A stretch of 64,000 nt of DNA from Corallochytrium limacisporum Hawaii (GCA_002811645.1 PDIP01000043.1:95289-159288); one strand, 5' to 3'; shown: positions 1 to 11,588, counted from the stretch's first letter. A program made the numbers and translations. Notes: generated by a model from the sequence alone, not told the origin.

Positions 1-300
1 TGAGACCGTCCCCGCTTGCACACTGTCACCTCTTTCCCCCTTCCCCACCGACGGTCCCAACACGCGGGAATTGCTTTTTAAAAAGAATGGCAGGCAGTAA
101 AAAAATAACGGCGATGGGGGGGGGAGGGGGGCACAGTTAGTTTGATTCCACCTTCGTGCTTCACTGACGGATCGGTTGGTTGTACAGAGAGTGGATAGTC
201 CGGTGACATGTCTTCAGCGTGGACGTGGTATGCCGATAAGGGGGGTCTAAAATGGTGTCAGTCTACTAAGGGTGTTTATGTTACACTAGTGTGGTCGGGT

Positions 301-1674
301 TCAGCAATCCAACCCCAAGAACGTCAGACGTTGGGGCCCGAGGCGGCGCTTAGCGGGCGGCAGGAGGGTATGATTGTTGACCAAAGTCTGCGCCAGGCGC
401 TGAAGCGCGACAAAGGGTAGACGAATGGTACCTACGGATCCCGTGGTGGGAGCACCGAGAGGTGCTTCTGCGGCCGCCGTACCGTCCTGCGCTGACCGGT
501 TGAGCGTTTGCCGCTGTCGTGCGTATGCAATGCGATCCTCAGGCGTGGGCAGCAGCGACGACGTGAACATGAGCTTTGCAACCTTCCTGGCCTCACTCCC
601 TCCTTTTTGCTGGGAGAGATCGTATTCGTCAGAGGCACGTGAGTCGTTCGGGAGGTACATGGTTCCTTCGGTGGCCAACACAGTAAGACAGATGCCATGC
701 TCCGCCCGATAGCGATCCTCAACAGGTACCACTTCGAAACGATATTGCCCTTCGTATTCAATTGCTGCCTGCATAACAGACAGAACGTAGGCTGATTCGG
801 AGCTCTGACGCTTCACATCTGAAAAGAGGCTGCAGTGCATGGCAATCGCCAGTGCGTCAAGGTCCACAGTGTCCGAAGATGGTGCCTTGGTTGAGATTGC
901 GGCTTGTACCGTGGCACGACAAAGCTGGCACTTCCACCCGCTGTCTTCTGAGATGAGGTTCTGTGTGTCTTCCTTGTGCAACCGTGCCACTCCGTTGCCG
1001 AACAGTAGAGTTCCCTTGATCGCCGGGATGTCCGCCTCCATATTCCTGGCTAAAGCGTAAGATTCAGTGTGACAGACCCAGGCCCCAACAAGTTCTTTCC
1101 ACTGCCGACTGGGAAGCCTCCTCACCCTCCCGACATCCAACTGCTTCTGGTCTGGATCCTTGCTTCGCGGGTAATCCTCCCATTCAAAGACTACGGTGGT
1201 CAGCTTTCCTCCACATCGCCGGCAGCAGACCCATTGTGTAGGCATGGAGGTGTGTGCCTTGGCCTTTCCCGTATGCCTACGAAAGGGATCCCGGGTTGGT
1301 GCTCCATGCTGGTCCTGTCGCATACTCTTCGGTAATTCGGAGGCGTCGAACACTGCCGGCACGGCCGTGCTTGACCGCACAGCCGTCTGGTCGTTGGGCA
1401 ACGGTATCGAAAAGAGCACTATGCCATCCTTCCCGGTTAAATTAGTGGCCTGACCTGGTAGCTCTGCCAACTTCAGGGCTGCTGAACAATTCTTAATGGG
1501 CAGTTTGATTAGGGGCTCGGGGTCACTGCTCCCGGTGTCCAACCAGAGACCGTCTGGCTGCGCCACCACACGAATTACATTTCTGCCTTTCAATTGGGCC
1601 CGGTCCGGAAGTTTCAGGGCTACCTGTAAGGATCCTATCCGGTCCAGACTCTCCGCGTGGAAGATTGGGGACAT
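301..1674 (-). CDS. UBE3D/Ipa1-like protein (HECT_2 family)
   Basis: 457-aa ATG ORF with CRRCG...LPSRQWKELVGAWVCH and a second CxxC (CQLC), matching the LPSxxWxExxxxWxCH signature of the UBE3D/Ipa1 family. Confidence 0.75.
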   Translation of the reverse strand: MSPIFHAESLDRIGSLQVALKLPDRAQLKGRNVIRVVAQPDGLWLDTGSSDPEPLIKLPIKNCSAALKLAELPGQATNLTGKDGIVLFSIPLPNDQTAVRSSTAVPAVFDASELPKSMRQDQHGAPTRDPFRRHTGKAKAHTSMPTQWVCCRRCGGKLTTVVFEWEDYPRSKDPDQKQLDVGRVRRLPSRQWKELVGAWVCHTESYALARNMEADIPAIKGTLLFGNGVARLHKEDTQNLISEDSGWKCQLCRATVQAAISTKAPSSDTVDLDALAIAMHCSLFSDVKRQSSESAYVLSVMQAAIEYEGQYRFEVVPVEDRYRAEHGICLTVLATEGTMYLPNDSRASDEYDLSQQKGGSEARKVAKLMFTSSLLPTPEDRIAYARQRQTLNRSAQDGTAAAEAPLGAPTTGSVGTIRLPFVALQRLAQTLVNNHTLLPPAKRRLGPQRLTFLGLDC

Positions 1675-1699
1675 TACGTGTGTGTAGCTCCGCCTATAC

Positions 1700-1860
1700 T
1701 AGTGACCGCATGGGAAATGTATTCATCAACGCGAACGGTATCGAATCCATGGGTCCATTCTTGACGTCCGATTGTTAACGCAGTCCACGCGATGGTCCGC
1801 ACGAAAGGGTCAACAAATGAAATACACCCTCTTTGTTCACCCCATATAGCCCCACTGTCC
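1700..1860 (-). pseudogene. class A GPCR-like remnant (ECL1-TM3)
   Basis: GAIWGEQRGC...EWTHGFDTVRVDEYI resembles W-G-xx-GC followed by WTLxxIxVDRY. Confidence 0.4.
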
Positions 1861-2469
1861 ATGAGCTCACGATAACCAAAGGTGCAATCGAATCCAGATC
1901 CTCCTGCCCCCCTTGCCCACGAAGGCCCACCGCCCGTTCTACCTACCGGCCCACCCCACCCCCTCTCCCCCCCCCCATCTCCACTGGCCCACTCTTGGCC
2001 CCCGCCGGGCTCCCAGACCTCCTTGACAATGCGCAAAACGCCGCTAGCAAGGCGTAACACCACCGAATCACCGGTAACCCCACGAACCCTCAGGGAAAGG
2101 GAACAACTCTATCTCGGGGGCCTAAATAATCGCGCAAAAGAAAACCAGGGAGCGAGAGGGTTCTATTTTTTGGTTTGAACCGAAACCTTCACAAATTACA
2201 CACCGCCAGAAAGACAAGGAGAGAGGAACGGAAAGCCGAGAGACTGAGGAAAAGCCAAGGATAATTGAAAGGGGGAGCGAGGAAAAGGAAAAAAACTGGC
2301 AGACGGGCCAATAAAAAAAATTACCGGCGGTTACCTCCTTGGTCTCAGTACCGCTAATGGGGGACCCCCCCCCTACCCCGCGGGTGCCAATGCAAGAATA
2401 GCGAGTGGTTGGTGAATTAGTGCCCGTTCGTTGACCCCGACAAAGCCACTCTTCCTCCCGCAGGCGGCC

Positions 2470-2850
2470 CTATTGCGCATATCTGGCTCTTCCTGCAATT
2501 AGCGGTGCGGGTACTTTCATATCCACAGTACCACCAGCAGAATTGGTTTGCTGACTGTGTCAGGGTTTTAAAGTTTTTCAGTTTTGTGAATGAGTTCGGT
2601 TTTATTTTGGGCCTCACACTTAGCCTTGGTTTCCACCGTAGGCCGCCCCCCCTCCCTTCGTTTCCTTTCTTTTTCTATTTTCCATTTTTTTTGGTTTCTT
2701 TTCGCGTGGCCGTTGGTCGTGGGTTCGTGGTCGGTCGGGAGTGTGTGCCTGTTGGCTCGAGTGTGTGTTCCTTCTTGGCAGTCATACTACAACTACTACC
2801 GGTACTCTCTGCCAAGCGTTTGGTGGCCACATTCTCGGACGGAACGCGAG
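2470..2850 (+). pseudogene. two class A GPCR-like TM3 remnants
   Basis: NWFADCVRVLKFFSFVNEFGFILGLTLSLGFHR, then GSSVCSFLAVILQLLPVLSAKRLVATFSD, both inside the 2505..2960 frame. Confidence 0.45.
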
Positions 2851-4433
2851 GTGATGGGTTAGGTCGGTCGGAATCGAACCTTTCACACACCGCTCCCGTT
2901 TGCATGCGTGCTAGGCATGGCCCGGGTCGGCCTTTTAGTTCTTCTTTTGCACACACTTAAAACTGCCAACACACCCAGCACTCAACTGTCAACACACGAC
3001 CGAACCGAACAGCGACACGCAGCAGACACAGTCTACCATCCGTGGCGCTCACGCAACCCTCCCCCGCCGGGGAGGGGGGGGGTTGGGCATCTGTCGCGTC
3101 TCTCTCTTCCCCCATCTCTCCATCCACCCTCCTATCCCTGCCCATACTTCGGAAACCGAGCAAGGAAAGGAGCTTTGAATTTTTTGCTTGCGTTGATTTC
3201 TGGTGATTGAGGACGTGGAGCACCGCCCCGGGCCCCCCCCCTGCGGGGTGAGGAGACGACGGGGGGGGGAGGGTTAACTTTAGCTTTTTTACGGTGCGGA
3301 GGGAAGAAGGGAGGGTGGGGGAGGGGAATTCTTCATTCTTTACACTTTTTGGTCCGATGGGCCATCTCTTACCGGCTTACGTCTCCAATTACTAAAAAGT
3401 TTCCGTTTCTTTTTTTTTTCCTTTTGGTTCTCTTCTGTTTAGGACCCAATGGCAACTGAACGAGAGGTATGTACAACGGACACACACAACGCAGAGCGAG
3501 AGGAGAGACACAGGGCGAAGGCAGAAAGGAAAGACGACAAGCATGCATGTCCGTCAGAGAATCTTTGCCACCGCGCGGGAATGGACACAACGAGGCAGGA
3601 AGGGGGGACACCGGGACAGCCGCCAAGACAACCGTATAGGATTCTATAACACCGCCCAATGGTTAAAAGCTTTCTCTCTCTCTCTCTCTCTCCTTCCCTG
3701 CCTTTCCTTGCTCGGCCGGCCATTACTCTTCCCTTTAAACAGCCCTCAACCCCCCACCGCTTCCCCCTGTCTACTCACCCACCACACACTTCCACCGACT
3801 ACCAGTGCCCGGTTAATATAAGAAATGAAAACAAAATAAATAAATAAATAAAGCACAGAAGGGGAGATCTACCCGCTTGCGTCCGCTTTAACGGTCTTGA
3901 CAGCCCCCAACCGGGCAGGTGGTTGGGCCCCCCTTTTTCCCCCGAAAGCTTCGGTTTATTCTAAAGCGCGCGATCTCTCCCGTTCATTCGAGAGCGCAAA
4001 GCGAGAGCGAGAGCGAGCAAGTGTAAGTGTGTGTGTGTGTGGAAATCCTTCTACCAAAGTGAAACGGCAGCACCAGTCAGTCAGTCAGTCAGACCACCCC
4101 CGTCCCCCAGCTCCCAAGAAAAAAAGAGAACCCAAAGAAAATACTCTGAACTCAGGTGCCGGCTGTGTCCCTTGGGCAAGTCTGTGTGTTGCGTGCGTGT
4201 GTGTGGCTGGTAATGTGTTGCGTGTGTGTGTGTGCCCAGCGCTTCCTTGTCGATCAGACAAAGGGCCTGGGTACACCCACCCACCCGGGAACACATTCCG
4301 TCCTGACTGGGCGCGCGCGCAGGGGCAGTACGTCCATCGGTGTGCCCCGGTGTGTCGCTCTCTTCCTCTGTGTCACTTTTTTGCGCTTGCCTTGCGGATC
4401 GTGGCCTTCCTTCAAACGAGCGATGGGCAAGTC

Positions 4434-4497
4434 CCATGTCGACGTGGGGCAATCGGGCCACACAGAGCGAAAGACTGGCTGATCTCTCCTACTCTAC

Positions 4498-4539
<42 letters not shown>

Positions 4540-4613
4540 GGCGCTCGGGCCATGTCGACGTGGGGCAATCGGGCCACACAGAGCGAAAGACTGGCTGATC
4601 TCTCCTACTCTCC

Positions 4614-4657
<44 letters not shown>

Positions 4658-4670
4658 GGCGCTCGGGCCA
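4434..4670. repeat. tandem duplication of a 116/118-bp unit containing a (CT)n microsatellite
   Basis: Units start at 4434 and 4550 (CCATGTCGACGTGGGG...). They differ by one substitution and one CT unit, and CCA is present at all three junctions. Confidence 0.9.
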
Positions 4671-5148
4671 AGAATGGGAGAGGCCCGGGGAGGGGGGTCC
4701 CGCGCACGCACCCCCCCCCTTCTCAGCGACCTGTCTGTGGGACGGCGAGGTTAGAAGGCCAAGACGAGTGGGCGGAAAATGGATTCGATCGGCACAAACA
4801 GCAAGGAAACTCCTGAGCACAACCTTTCGGTTGTGTGTCATGCAACGAAATGGACCAGAGTGGCATGAGTGCTCAGGGATATGAAGGAACACAAGGTACT
4901 TGCTGGTGTCGAAAGCTCAGGAAGAGCCAAACTCGGACCTGGAAGTCATCCATGAAAAGAAAAGACCCAAATCGACAGTCATACACATACTACCTCGGAG
5001 AGAAGAGTTCGTTGTTTGGATACCAAATCTGGACACTCAGTTCTGGGCTGATATAGATAGACAGAGCAAGGGAAAGAGACTACTAGCTCATACATACTTA
5101 GCTTTATCCATAGCACGCATAGCAGAAGACGAAACTTCGACACACGAC

Positions 5149-6951
5149 ATGACCTCAATCATTGGGGCTGAATCCCCTCCTATGCCGGAGGATGTGGAGC
5201 GTAATCACCTCCGCCGATCAGCTCGCGCAAATAAAGACGAGCATGTGCCGCTGCTTGCGGACATGCGAAGGCATAGCGACGTATTGCGCACATCCACCAC
5301 GTCCCTGGGTCCAGAATTCGAACACACACTGCACGACCGGGGATCTAAGTGGGACCTGTTCAAGAAGGAGGCCAATATCGTTCCCAAACTTGCCTTCCCA
5401 TCCACCACTAGTTACACATTAAGCCAGCTGCTGGCTTTGGAAGAGGTTATCTTCATCGGTCGCATCGGAACGTTAGAACTGGCAGCCAGCGCACTGGCAA
5501 ACACCTGGTTGAATTTGGTCTGGACCACGCTATACGGCAGCGCGAGTTGCGTTAACGCCTTCGCCGGGCAGGCCGTTGGCGCAGGGGATATGAAGGAAGC
5601 GCGTGTGTGGTTTATCCGTGGCCAGGTTATCACAGCCGTGCTCATGACGCCAGCACTTATCATATCCATTTGGGCACCGGATCTCTTCGCACTGCTTGGT
5701 GTAGGTGAAGAAGGGGCCGGAGGCACACCCGGTGATTCGGAAGAAGTGATTCGCCTCATGCGGCAGTTCATTATTTACTCTTTGCCCGGCCTGGCGGTTG
5801 TGAACCCCGTCTATGGCTTTCAGCTGTTCCACAATGTGCACAACATCATGTGGCCCGCCAACGCTATGTACTTGATTGGCAACGTTCTTAATGTGCTCAT
5901 GCTCCATTTCTTTATTGAGTGGTTTGGCTTCATCGGGGCGCCGATAGCAACCAGTTCAGTGCGGGTGGTACTGCTCCTCATGTTTATTGCATATGACAAG
6001 TATGCATCGCAGGAATCAGTTGGGTACGTTTCACCGTGGTTTACGTACAAGGAACTGTTCGAGAACCACGCGGCCCAGATAAAACATCTATTCGCATGGG
6101 ATTACCTAAAGGAATACCTGGAACTCGCCCTGCCCGGGCTGGTAATGACGGCCGCGGAGGTGACCTTATTTGAATCCGTGACCATTTTGGCGGCCCGCCT
6201 GGGGGTCGTGTCAGTGGATGCCCACGCCATCCTCTTGCAGCTGATCAGCACCTACTACATGATCCCACTCGGCTTAAGCGGTGCGGTGGCCATCCGTGTG
6301 AGCAACTTGATTGGTGCCGGCGCGCCTCGCAGTGCGCGCATGGCAGCCTTCATTGGTTTGGGTATCACTTTTCTCTGCTGCCTGACCACCGGTATTCTCA
6401 CTCTGATACTCCGGGAGCCTATTATGAAGTTATTCAATAGCAACCCAGACGTGGTGCGCATCGGTATGCTGGTGGCCATTCCTGCCTCCTGTTATATGGT
6501 CTTTGATGGCAACCAGAGCATCTGCAACGGCGTTTGGAGGGCCGTGGGACAGCAAAAACAAGTTGCGATTGTCAATTTCGGTGCTCTGTTAGCGGGCGGT
6601 CTCGGCTCTGGCTGTGTACTCGTCTACGTCCTGGGATTCGGTGTCGAAGGCTTCTGGTGGGGAATGTTTGTCGGCCTGTTCCTGTCCAACGTTGCGTACC
6701 TGTACATGGCCCAACGCGGATACCTAGATCTTGATGAGCTCAGTAAGGCTGCGGTGGAGCGGTACGGCAGCAATGACGGCGAGGGCAGCGGGTCAGACAG
6801 TCTGTTGAACCAGGTGAGGGATAGTATTGAATACCATAGCGCGGCTGCAGGCCTACCCCCGATCCCGGCACATCGGGACGAGTCCTTGTCCAACCATCAG
6901 GACCCAGACAGTGAGAACAGCAGCTTGATTCAAAGGTACACTCGGGACTGA
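5149..6951 (+). CDS. MATE family multidrug/toxin efflux transporter
   Basis: IGRIGTLELAASALA, GQAVGA, GAVAIRVSNLIGAG and GVWRAVGQQK motifs with about 12 hydrophobic segments. First in-frame ATG is at 5149 (the ORF track opens at TTG 4900). Confidence 0.93.
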   Translation: MTSIIGAESPPMPEDVERNHLRRSARANKDEHVPLLADMRRHSDVLRTSTTSLGPEFEHTLHDRGSKWDLFKKEANIVPKLAFPSTTSYTLSQLLALEEVIFIGRIGTLELAASALANTWLNLVWTTLYGSASCVNAFAGQAVGAGDMKEARVWFIRGQVITAVLMTPALIISIWAPDLFALLGVGEEGAGGTPGDSEEVIRLMRQFIIYSLPGLAVVNPVYGFQLFHNVHNIMWPANAMYLIGNVLNVLMLHFFIEWFGFIGAPIATSSVRVVLLLMFIAYDKYASQESVGYVSPWFTYKELFENHAAQIKHLFAWDYLKEYLELALPGLVMTAAEVTLFESVTILAARLGVVSVDAHAILLQLISTYYMIPLGLSGAVAIRVSNLIGAGAPRSARMAAFIGLGITFLCCLTTGILTLILREPIMKLFNSNPDVVRIGMLVAIPASCYMVFDGNQSICNGVWRAVGQQKQVAIVNFGALLAGGLGSGCVLVYVLGFGVEGFWWGMFVGLFLSNVAYLYMAQRGYLDLDELSKAAVERYGSNDGEGSGSDSLLNQVRDSIEYHSAAAGLPPIPAHRDESLSNHQDPDSENSSLIQRYTRD

Positions 6952-6959
6952 TGGAACCT

Positions 6960-7145
6960 CAGTGTCCTTCCAGCATGTGTAACGGTGTAACGCTATATAA
7001 AGATTTCAAAAAGAAATTGTCATCCAGAGAAACATTTAACACTTCCAGTTTGGGGCTAATGTTTTTGGGAATATTGGCTAGTGAGAAACTACTAGTGGTG
7101 ATATGTGTCAATGTACACACGAATGGGGTGTCAAGAAGTCTATGA
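6960..7145 (+). pseudogene. class A GPCR-like remnant (TM3)
   Basis: SMCNGV...SSLGLMFLGILASEKLLVVIC resembles FLxxIAxERYxxVC. Confidence 0.35.
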
Positions 7146-7192
7146 GGAGCATCAACGCATACGTTCACAGGATCATCGAGTCCATGGGTGGA

Positions 7193-10100
7193 TTAAGATT
7201 GATCTCCATTCAACAGCTTCTCAATGGTTGCCGCTTCGCGACGCTGCAGAGCCACAATGGGCCTGAGCTCTGTCTGGTAAGTCAGGTACTCATCAACGAG
7301 CATACGCATGAGATGGAAGCTTCCAAACGCGTTGGCGGACCGCAGAGTAAGGTCACGGATGATCAATGAACACAGGTAGGATGTGTGTAAGAGCATGAGG
7401 CGTAGTTGATGTTCTCCCAGCGCGCCGTCGTCGTCCTTCAAGGCAGGACAACAGAGCATGATAAGGTAGTCAAGCCAGGAGAACCATTCTTTGATCGGTG
7501 CACGATTACTGAGCAGTCTACGGAAGTCCATCACCACCTGTTGCAGAGGAACAGCGCAGTTAAAAGTCCACTCGGCCTGGAGTAGGACACCACGCATGTC
7601 AACGGAGTTGAGGTCGGCCATCATTTGTTGGACTTGTTGCTCTGAGGCAAACAGACTGCGGACAGATTGTACCAGGTGCATAAGCGATGTGCAGCGGTGC
7701 AGCATGTGGCTCAATTGGCGGCTGATTAGAATGCGCATACGGACGAGGCGGGCAGGCAGGTGCCTTACCGCTTTGTGATTCCACTGTTCCCATCTGCGGG
7801 CAAAGATACGGATCATCTGAATGCGACGGATGCCTATGGAACGCAGTATGTCGGGCACGAGTAGGCGAATGAAGAGGTCTATAAGCTGACGTTCATAGTA
7901 GGTCAAAACACGAATCACAACATCGTTGTCAAGCAAGTTGCTGGCCTCACGGACGGATTGACTGGTCCAGAAACTCATCACGGCCGCATGCACGTCCTTG
8001 TACGCTTCTCGCATGAGACGGTTAACAATGTGATGATTGAATTCGGCGTATGCTTCCGTGAAGGCGTCCATCTGCTGGAGCTCCCCTTCAGACATCCAAG
8101 ACAGAGCAATACGGGGCATGACAGGCATCTGTGGAGTTCCAAGACCGTGAGGCGAATATCTTCTGTCCATACCTTTTGTAGCGCCGACACATACGTTTCC
8201 TCTGTTAACAGAACTGTTCAGTGTTCTCGTACTAGAGAGTTTGGACACGGGACTCTCGTTGGCATTCTTGCGTACGAAGTTTCCAGTGGACAGCTCTGGG
8301 CTTTCGTTGTTGTCCAGCATTTGACCTGGTAGCGCGCTGCCATTGCTCACCTGGCTCTTTCTGGATACGCGGGGGCTTTGAGAGCCATGGAGTCTCGGTG
8401 GAGTCTCGTTGTCCTTGGCATTTAAGCTGACGGACTGCTGGGAGTTATGGCCATGAAACGCCACGATACGGGCACCCACGATGACATTTTTACGGCTGTT
8501 CAGATCATCTGCTGCGGGAGGCACACGGCGCTTGGCACTCCGCAAGGCCTCCTGTGCTTCCTCTTGCATGCGCCCAATCTCCTCTTTACTTGGAGGGTTG
8601 GCCATGCTTGAGTGCCCCTTGGCGATGACAGAACAGCTGCGACGAGCACTTACACTACTGCTGCTAGACTGGTGGCGTTCAAACTTTAGTTCCTCTTGAC
8701 TGTCCACCGTTTCCATGGTGCAGTCTTCGGGTGTGGTTTCACTACGGACAGTGGCAGCAGGCCCGTACTCCACAGACAATGGGCAGCTCAGAGTACGCCC
8801 AAACGCAAGCGTCTGGGCTGGTGGCGGCCCTCCATTAGTGCCCCAGCGTGCGCCGTTGTATTTGCCACGGATGCAGCTGTCCCGTTCGGCACTGCTGGTG
8901 CCCAGCTCAACCTCCGCTAGCGACAAACTAGTCAGTTTGGAAGAGACACCAGTGCTTTCTTCGCTTTTGCTGGTGAGATTTCGGTTGTCCGCGTGAAGAC
9001 CACCGGAAATCGGGGCGGACTGATACTTGAATGTATGCGCTGCGCCCAGAGGGTCCTTGTCCACCGTAGTCTGCGTGGGGCTATGAATTGCCAAGGCTAC
9101 AGCTGCAGCTGCCCGGGCGGCGGCGTCAGCATCCAAGGCGTACTCGGCACTGTCGATATGGAAGCTGGATTCACCACCTACGCCCTTGCGACTGTCCTGC
9201 CCGCCGCCACTATTCGCAGTAGACCGCGACGTAGCAGGATGGTCATTGGCTTCCTCTCTACTGCCGTGGCCACTGTCACCACCGGCACCACCAGTTGACG
9301 AGGAGGCTGAACGGTTCAGCCGCGGAGTGTAGCGTGGAGTGCCCTGGCGACTGTCTACATCGATGAGCGTCAGCGGTTCACGGGGGGTGCCCAGCATGGT
9401 AGACAGGTCAACCTCTCCAAAATCGTTCATGTCGGCCACGGCTGAAAACTGATCCTGTAGCGCGTGGAAATCTGAGCTTCGGGCTGTGAGCATAGGCTCG
9501 TCGGCGCCCAAACAAAGCTCGTCTCGGTCTAGGTGGAGGAGGTTCAGCTTGATGTGACCCATGTCATCAACCTGCTCTATCAGGGCGTTGGCCTCTTCGT
9601 TCGCGTGGCGGTCATGGTCGGTCACATCTTCTGTAAGGGAGGGGCGCTGTTGCGGGCCATGGTGACGGCTCGGGGTAAAGTCAGGTGGTCCGGCATCTTG
9701 CAAGTGGTGTTGATTGTCCGAGAGTCTCATGCGTGTGCCATTGGCGGTGTCAACGGTCCTGGCCATGTCAGGAAGTAAGGCACCTCTGAAAGCTCTTCCG
9801 GAGGCAGTATTTGCACGAGCATTATGGAGACGCCGGAGAGCAACGCTACTTAGTGTGTGTCCGGGAATTTCTGATCCAATGGCCACGTCAGTGTCGTTGA
9901 CAGTGATTTGTTGTGCATTGCCGCCGTCACTGATCTCGTCTACCCAGCCCTTTTCGTGAATGCTTCTCTCGTTGGGATCATGCTCCTTGCCGGGCCGTCC
10001 CCGTCGCTTTGGGAGGAGTGCCTCCTTGTTGACACGCTTCTTCTTGCTTCTCTTGTCCGTCGCCCGGCCCTGGGACTGAAAATCCTCTGGATTGTCCTTG

Positions 10101-10834
10101 AGTCGAATACCTTCGTAGTGGTACCGGCTCTGGCCGCGCATGCCCAGCCGGCGGGTCTTGAGATGTGGGAACACGCTTCGGATGACTTTACCAAAAGTTG
10201 CGCTGTTCACCGGCTCCGTGCCACTGGCTTTGCAATATTCTTCATAGTGTGCAAATATGGTACTGCGGGGTACGTTGGCTTCTACACAGGGTTCATAGTT
10301 CTCATTAAGCCACTGCCAGAGTAGAGGGTCGCGCTTCTCCCAATGATTAAGCTTGTTGGCGCTTTCAGAAGCCCCTGTAAATTGCTGCATGCTCCCCTGG
10401 TTATCCGGTGCTGTTGTGGTTGCCGCTGCCGCTGCTGCCGCTGCTGCTACTGCCGCTGCTGCTTCTGCGGCAGATTCTGGAGCTGTGGTACCGGAATCCT
10501 CTTCACTGTTTGCATCGTTGCTGCTGCTACTGCTGCCTTGTTTACGTGTCGAACCCAGGTCATCAATGGCTAAATCGCTGCGGTGATGAATGATCGTTGT
10601 GGCTACACAATTGCCGGTCCGCTGTTGTAAACTGATGCTCATGGGACTGAGGGTATGCTGAATGCTGGCAGGGGTTTTAGATCCTTCTTTGGTGGAATCG
10701 GTGGTATAATCAAATACATCCATAGAGACCACACCCGAGCCTTTAGTGTATGGCTCGTGTCTCAGCCGCTCATGATCGCTCGCTGCCGACGATAGACTTG
10801 ACCTCGGAGCAGTGGTTTCCGTCCTACTAGGCAT
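7193..10834 (-). CDS. RFX: RFX family transcription factor
   Basis: RFX DNA-binding domain WLNENYE...VNSATFGKVIRSVFPHLKTRRLGMRGQSRYHYEGIRLK and C-terminal dimerisation motif IIRDLTLRSANAFGSFHLMRMLVDEY. Confidence 0.96.
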   Translation of the reverse strand: MPSRTETTAPRSSLSSAASDHERLRHEPYTKGSGVVSMDVFDYTTDSTKEGSKTPASIQHTLSPMSISLQQRTGNCVATTIIHHRSDLAIDDLGSTRKQGSSSSSNDANSEEDSGTTAPESAAEAAAAVAAAAAAAAATTTAPDNQGSMQQFTGASESANKLNHWEKRDPLLWQWLNENYEPCVEANVPRSTIFAHYEEYCKASGTEPVNSATFGKVIRSVFPHLKTRRLGMRGQSRYHYEGIRLKDNPEDFQSQGRATDKRSKKKRVNKEALLPKRRGRPGKEHDPNERSIHEKGWVDEISDGGNAQQITVNDTDVAIGSEIPGHTLSSVALRRLHNARANTASGRAFRGALLPDMARTVDTANGTRMRLSDNQHHLQDAGPPDFTPSRHHGPQQRPSLTEDVTDHDRHANEEANALIEQVDDMGHIKLNLLHLDRDELCLGADEPMLTARSSDFHALQDQFSAVADMNDFGEVDLSTMLGTPREPLTLIDVDSRQGTPRYTPRLNRSASSSTGGAGGDSGHGSREEANDHPATSRSTANSGGGQDSRKGVGGESSFHIDSAEYALDADAAARAAAAVALAIHSPTQTTVDKDPLGAAHTFKYQSAPISGGLHADNRNLTSKSEESTGVSSKLTSLSLAEVELGTSSAERDSCIRGKYNGARWGTNGGPPPAQTLAFGRTLSCPLSVEYGPAATVRSETTPEDCTMETVDSQEELKFERHQSSSSSVSARRSCSVIAKGHSSMANPPSKEEIGRMQEEAQEALRSAKRRVPPAADDLNSRKNVIVGARIVAFHGHNSQQSVSLNAKDNETPPRLHGSQSPRVSRKSQVSNGSALPGQMLDNNESPELSTGNFVRKNANESPVSKLSSTRTLNSSVNRGNVCVGATKGMDRRYSPHGLGTPQMPVMPRIALSWMSEGELQQMDAFTEAYAEFNHHIVNRLMREAYKDVHAAVMSFWTSQSVREASNLLDNDVVIRVLTYYERQLIDLFIRLLVPDILRSIGIRRIQMIRIFARRWEQWNHKAVRHLPARLVRMRILISRQLSHMLHRCTSLMHLVQSVRSLFASEQQVQQMMADLNSVDMRGVLLQAEWTFNCAVPLQQVVMDFRRLLSNRAPIKEWFSWLDYLIMLCCPALKDDDGALGEHQLRLMLLHTSYLCSLIIRDLTLRSANAFGSFHLMRMLVDEYLTYQTELRPIVALQRREAATIEKLLNGDQS

Positions 10835-11009
10835 TTCTATGAGGCTCTATAAATCACAAACTACACAAATTCATGTCATCTACTTCTGGGAATAGTCAAT
10901 AGCTAATGCACATTGGTACACTTTGCTGACTACTGGTGATTCGGCTGAGTGAGATTCTCGATGTGCTCCAGGTGTCGGCCTGTGCACGCGAGTACTATCC
11001 TTGCCGATT

Positions 11010-11520
11010 CAGATGTTGGCAGAATTTTGTTGTCTGCCACAATGTTTCTTTTACAAAAAGTGCTGTTGCATAGACATAGCCAACTCAGATGTCCAATTGT
11101 CTAGACCCCTTCATACCTGATTGATTCCTCAGGTTGGCGCCGTACCGGAATACACGCAGGAAGGATCCCGTTCATTGTGCATCCTTGTCAAGCATCATCG
11201 TCAAAGAAAAAGTTTGAGATGGATCCATGAGTGCACAAATGCTTTTCATCCAACATCGGTCATCAAGTGAAGGTCCCATTGCGTGAACTGTGTCCTTAAG
11301 AGTTGTCGATGACCGGTACCCGGCGTCCCCGGCGCTCGCTCATTGCGTTCGGACGGTCAGACACTTTAAAGGATAGGTAGATCGACCCACTATCACTTCC
11401 CTCGGTCAATACATTCTCCATCAAATGACCCAATTACAACATACCCATCAGCTATAAGACCTATTTACCAACTCTGTCCTGCGTAACGAACGCCGCTACG
11501 CACTCCAGAGGCTTTTTCCC
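11010..11520 (+). pseudogene. class A GPCR-like remnant (TM1, DRY, TM7-H8)
   Basis: In order across frameshifts: QNFVVCHNV (11020), SLRVVDDRY (DRY at 11311-11319), SAIRPIY (11448), LRNERRYALQRLF (11479). Confidence 0.55.
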
Positions 11521-11588
11521 AAAAGCTTTTCGTCCGAGTGCCTCTCTGTGAGTCCCAGCTTTAGACCCCGGGCCCCGCAGGGCCCCCC

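Noticed and set aside
3897-4892. Several 100-230 aa ORFs with SL/ER repeats
   Set aside because: They are translations of CT/GT microsatellites and the tandem duplication.
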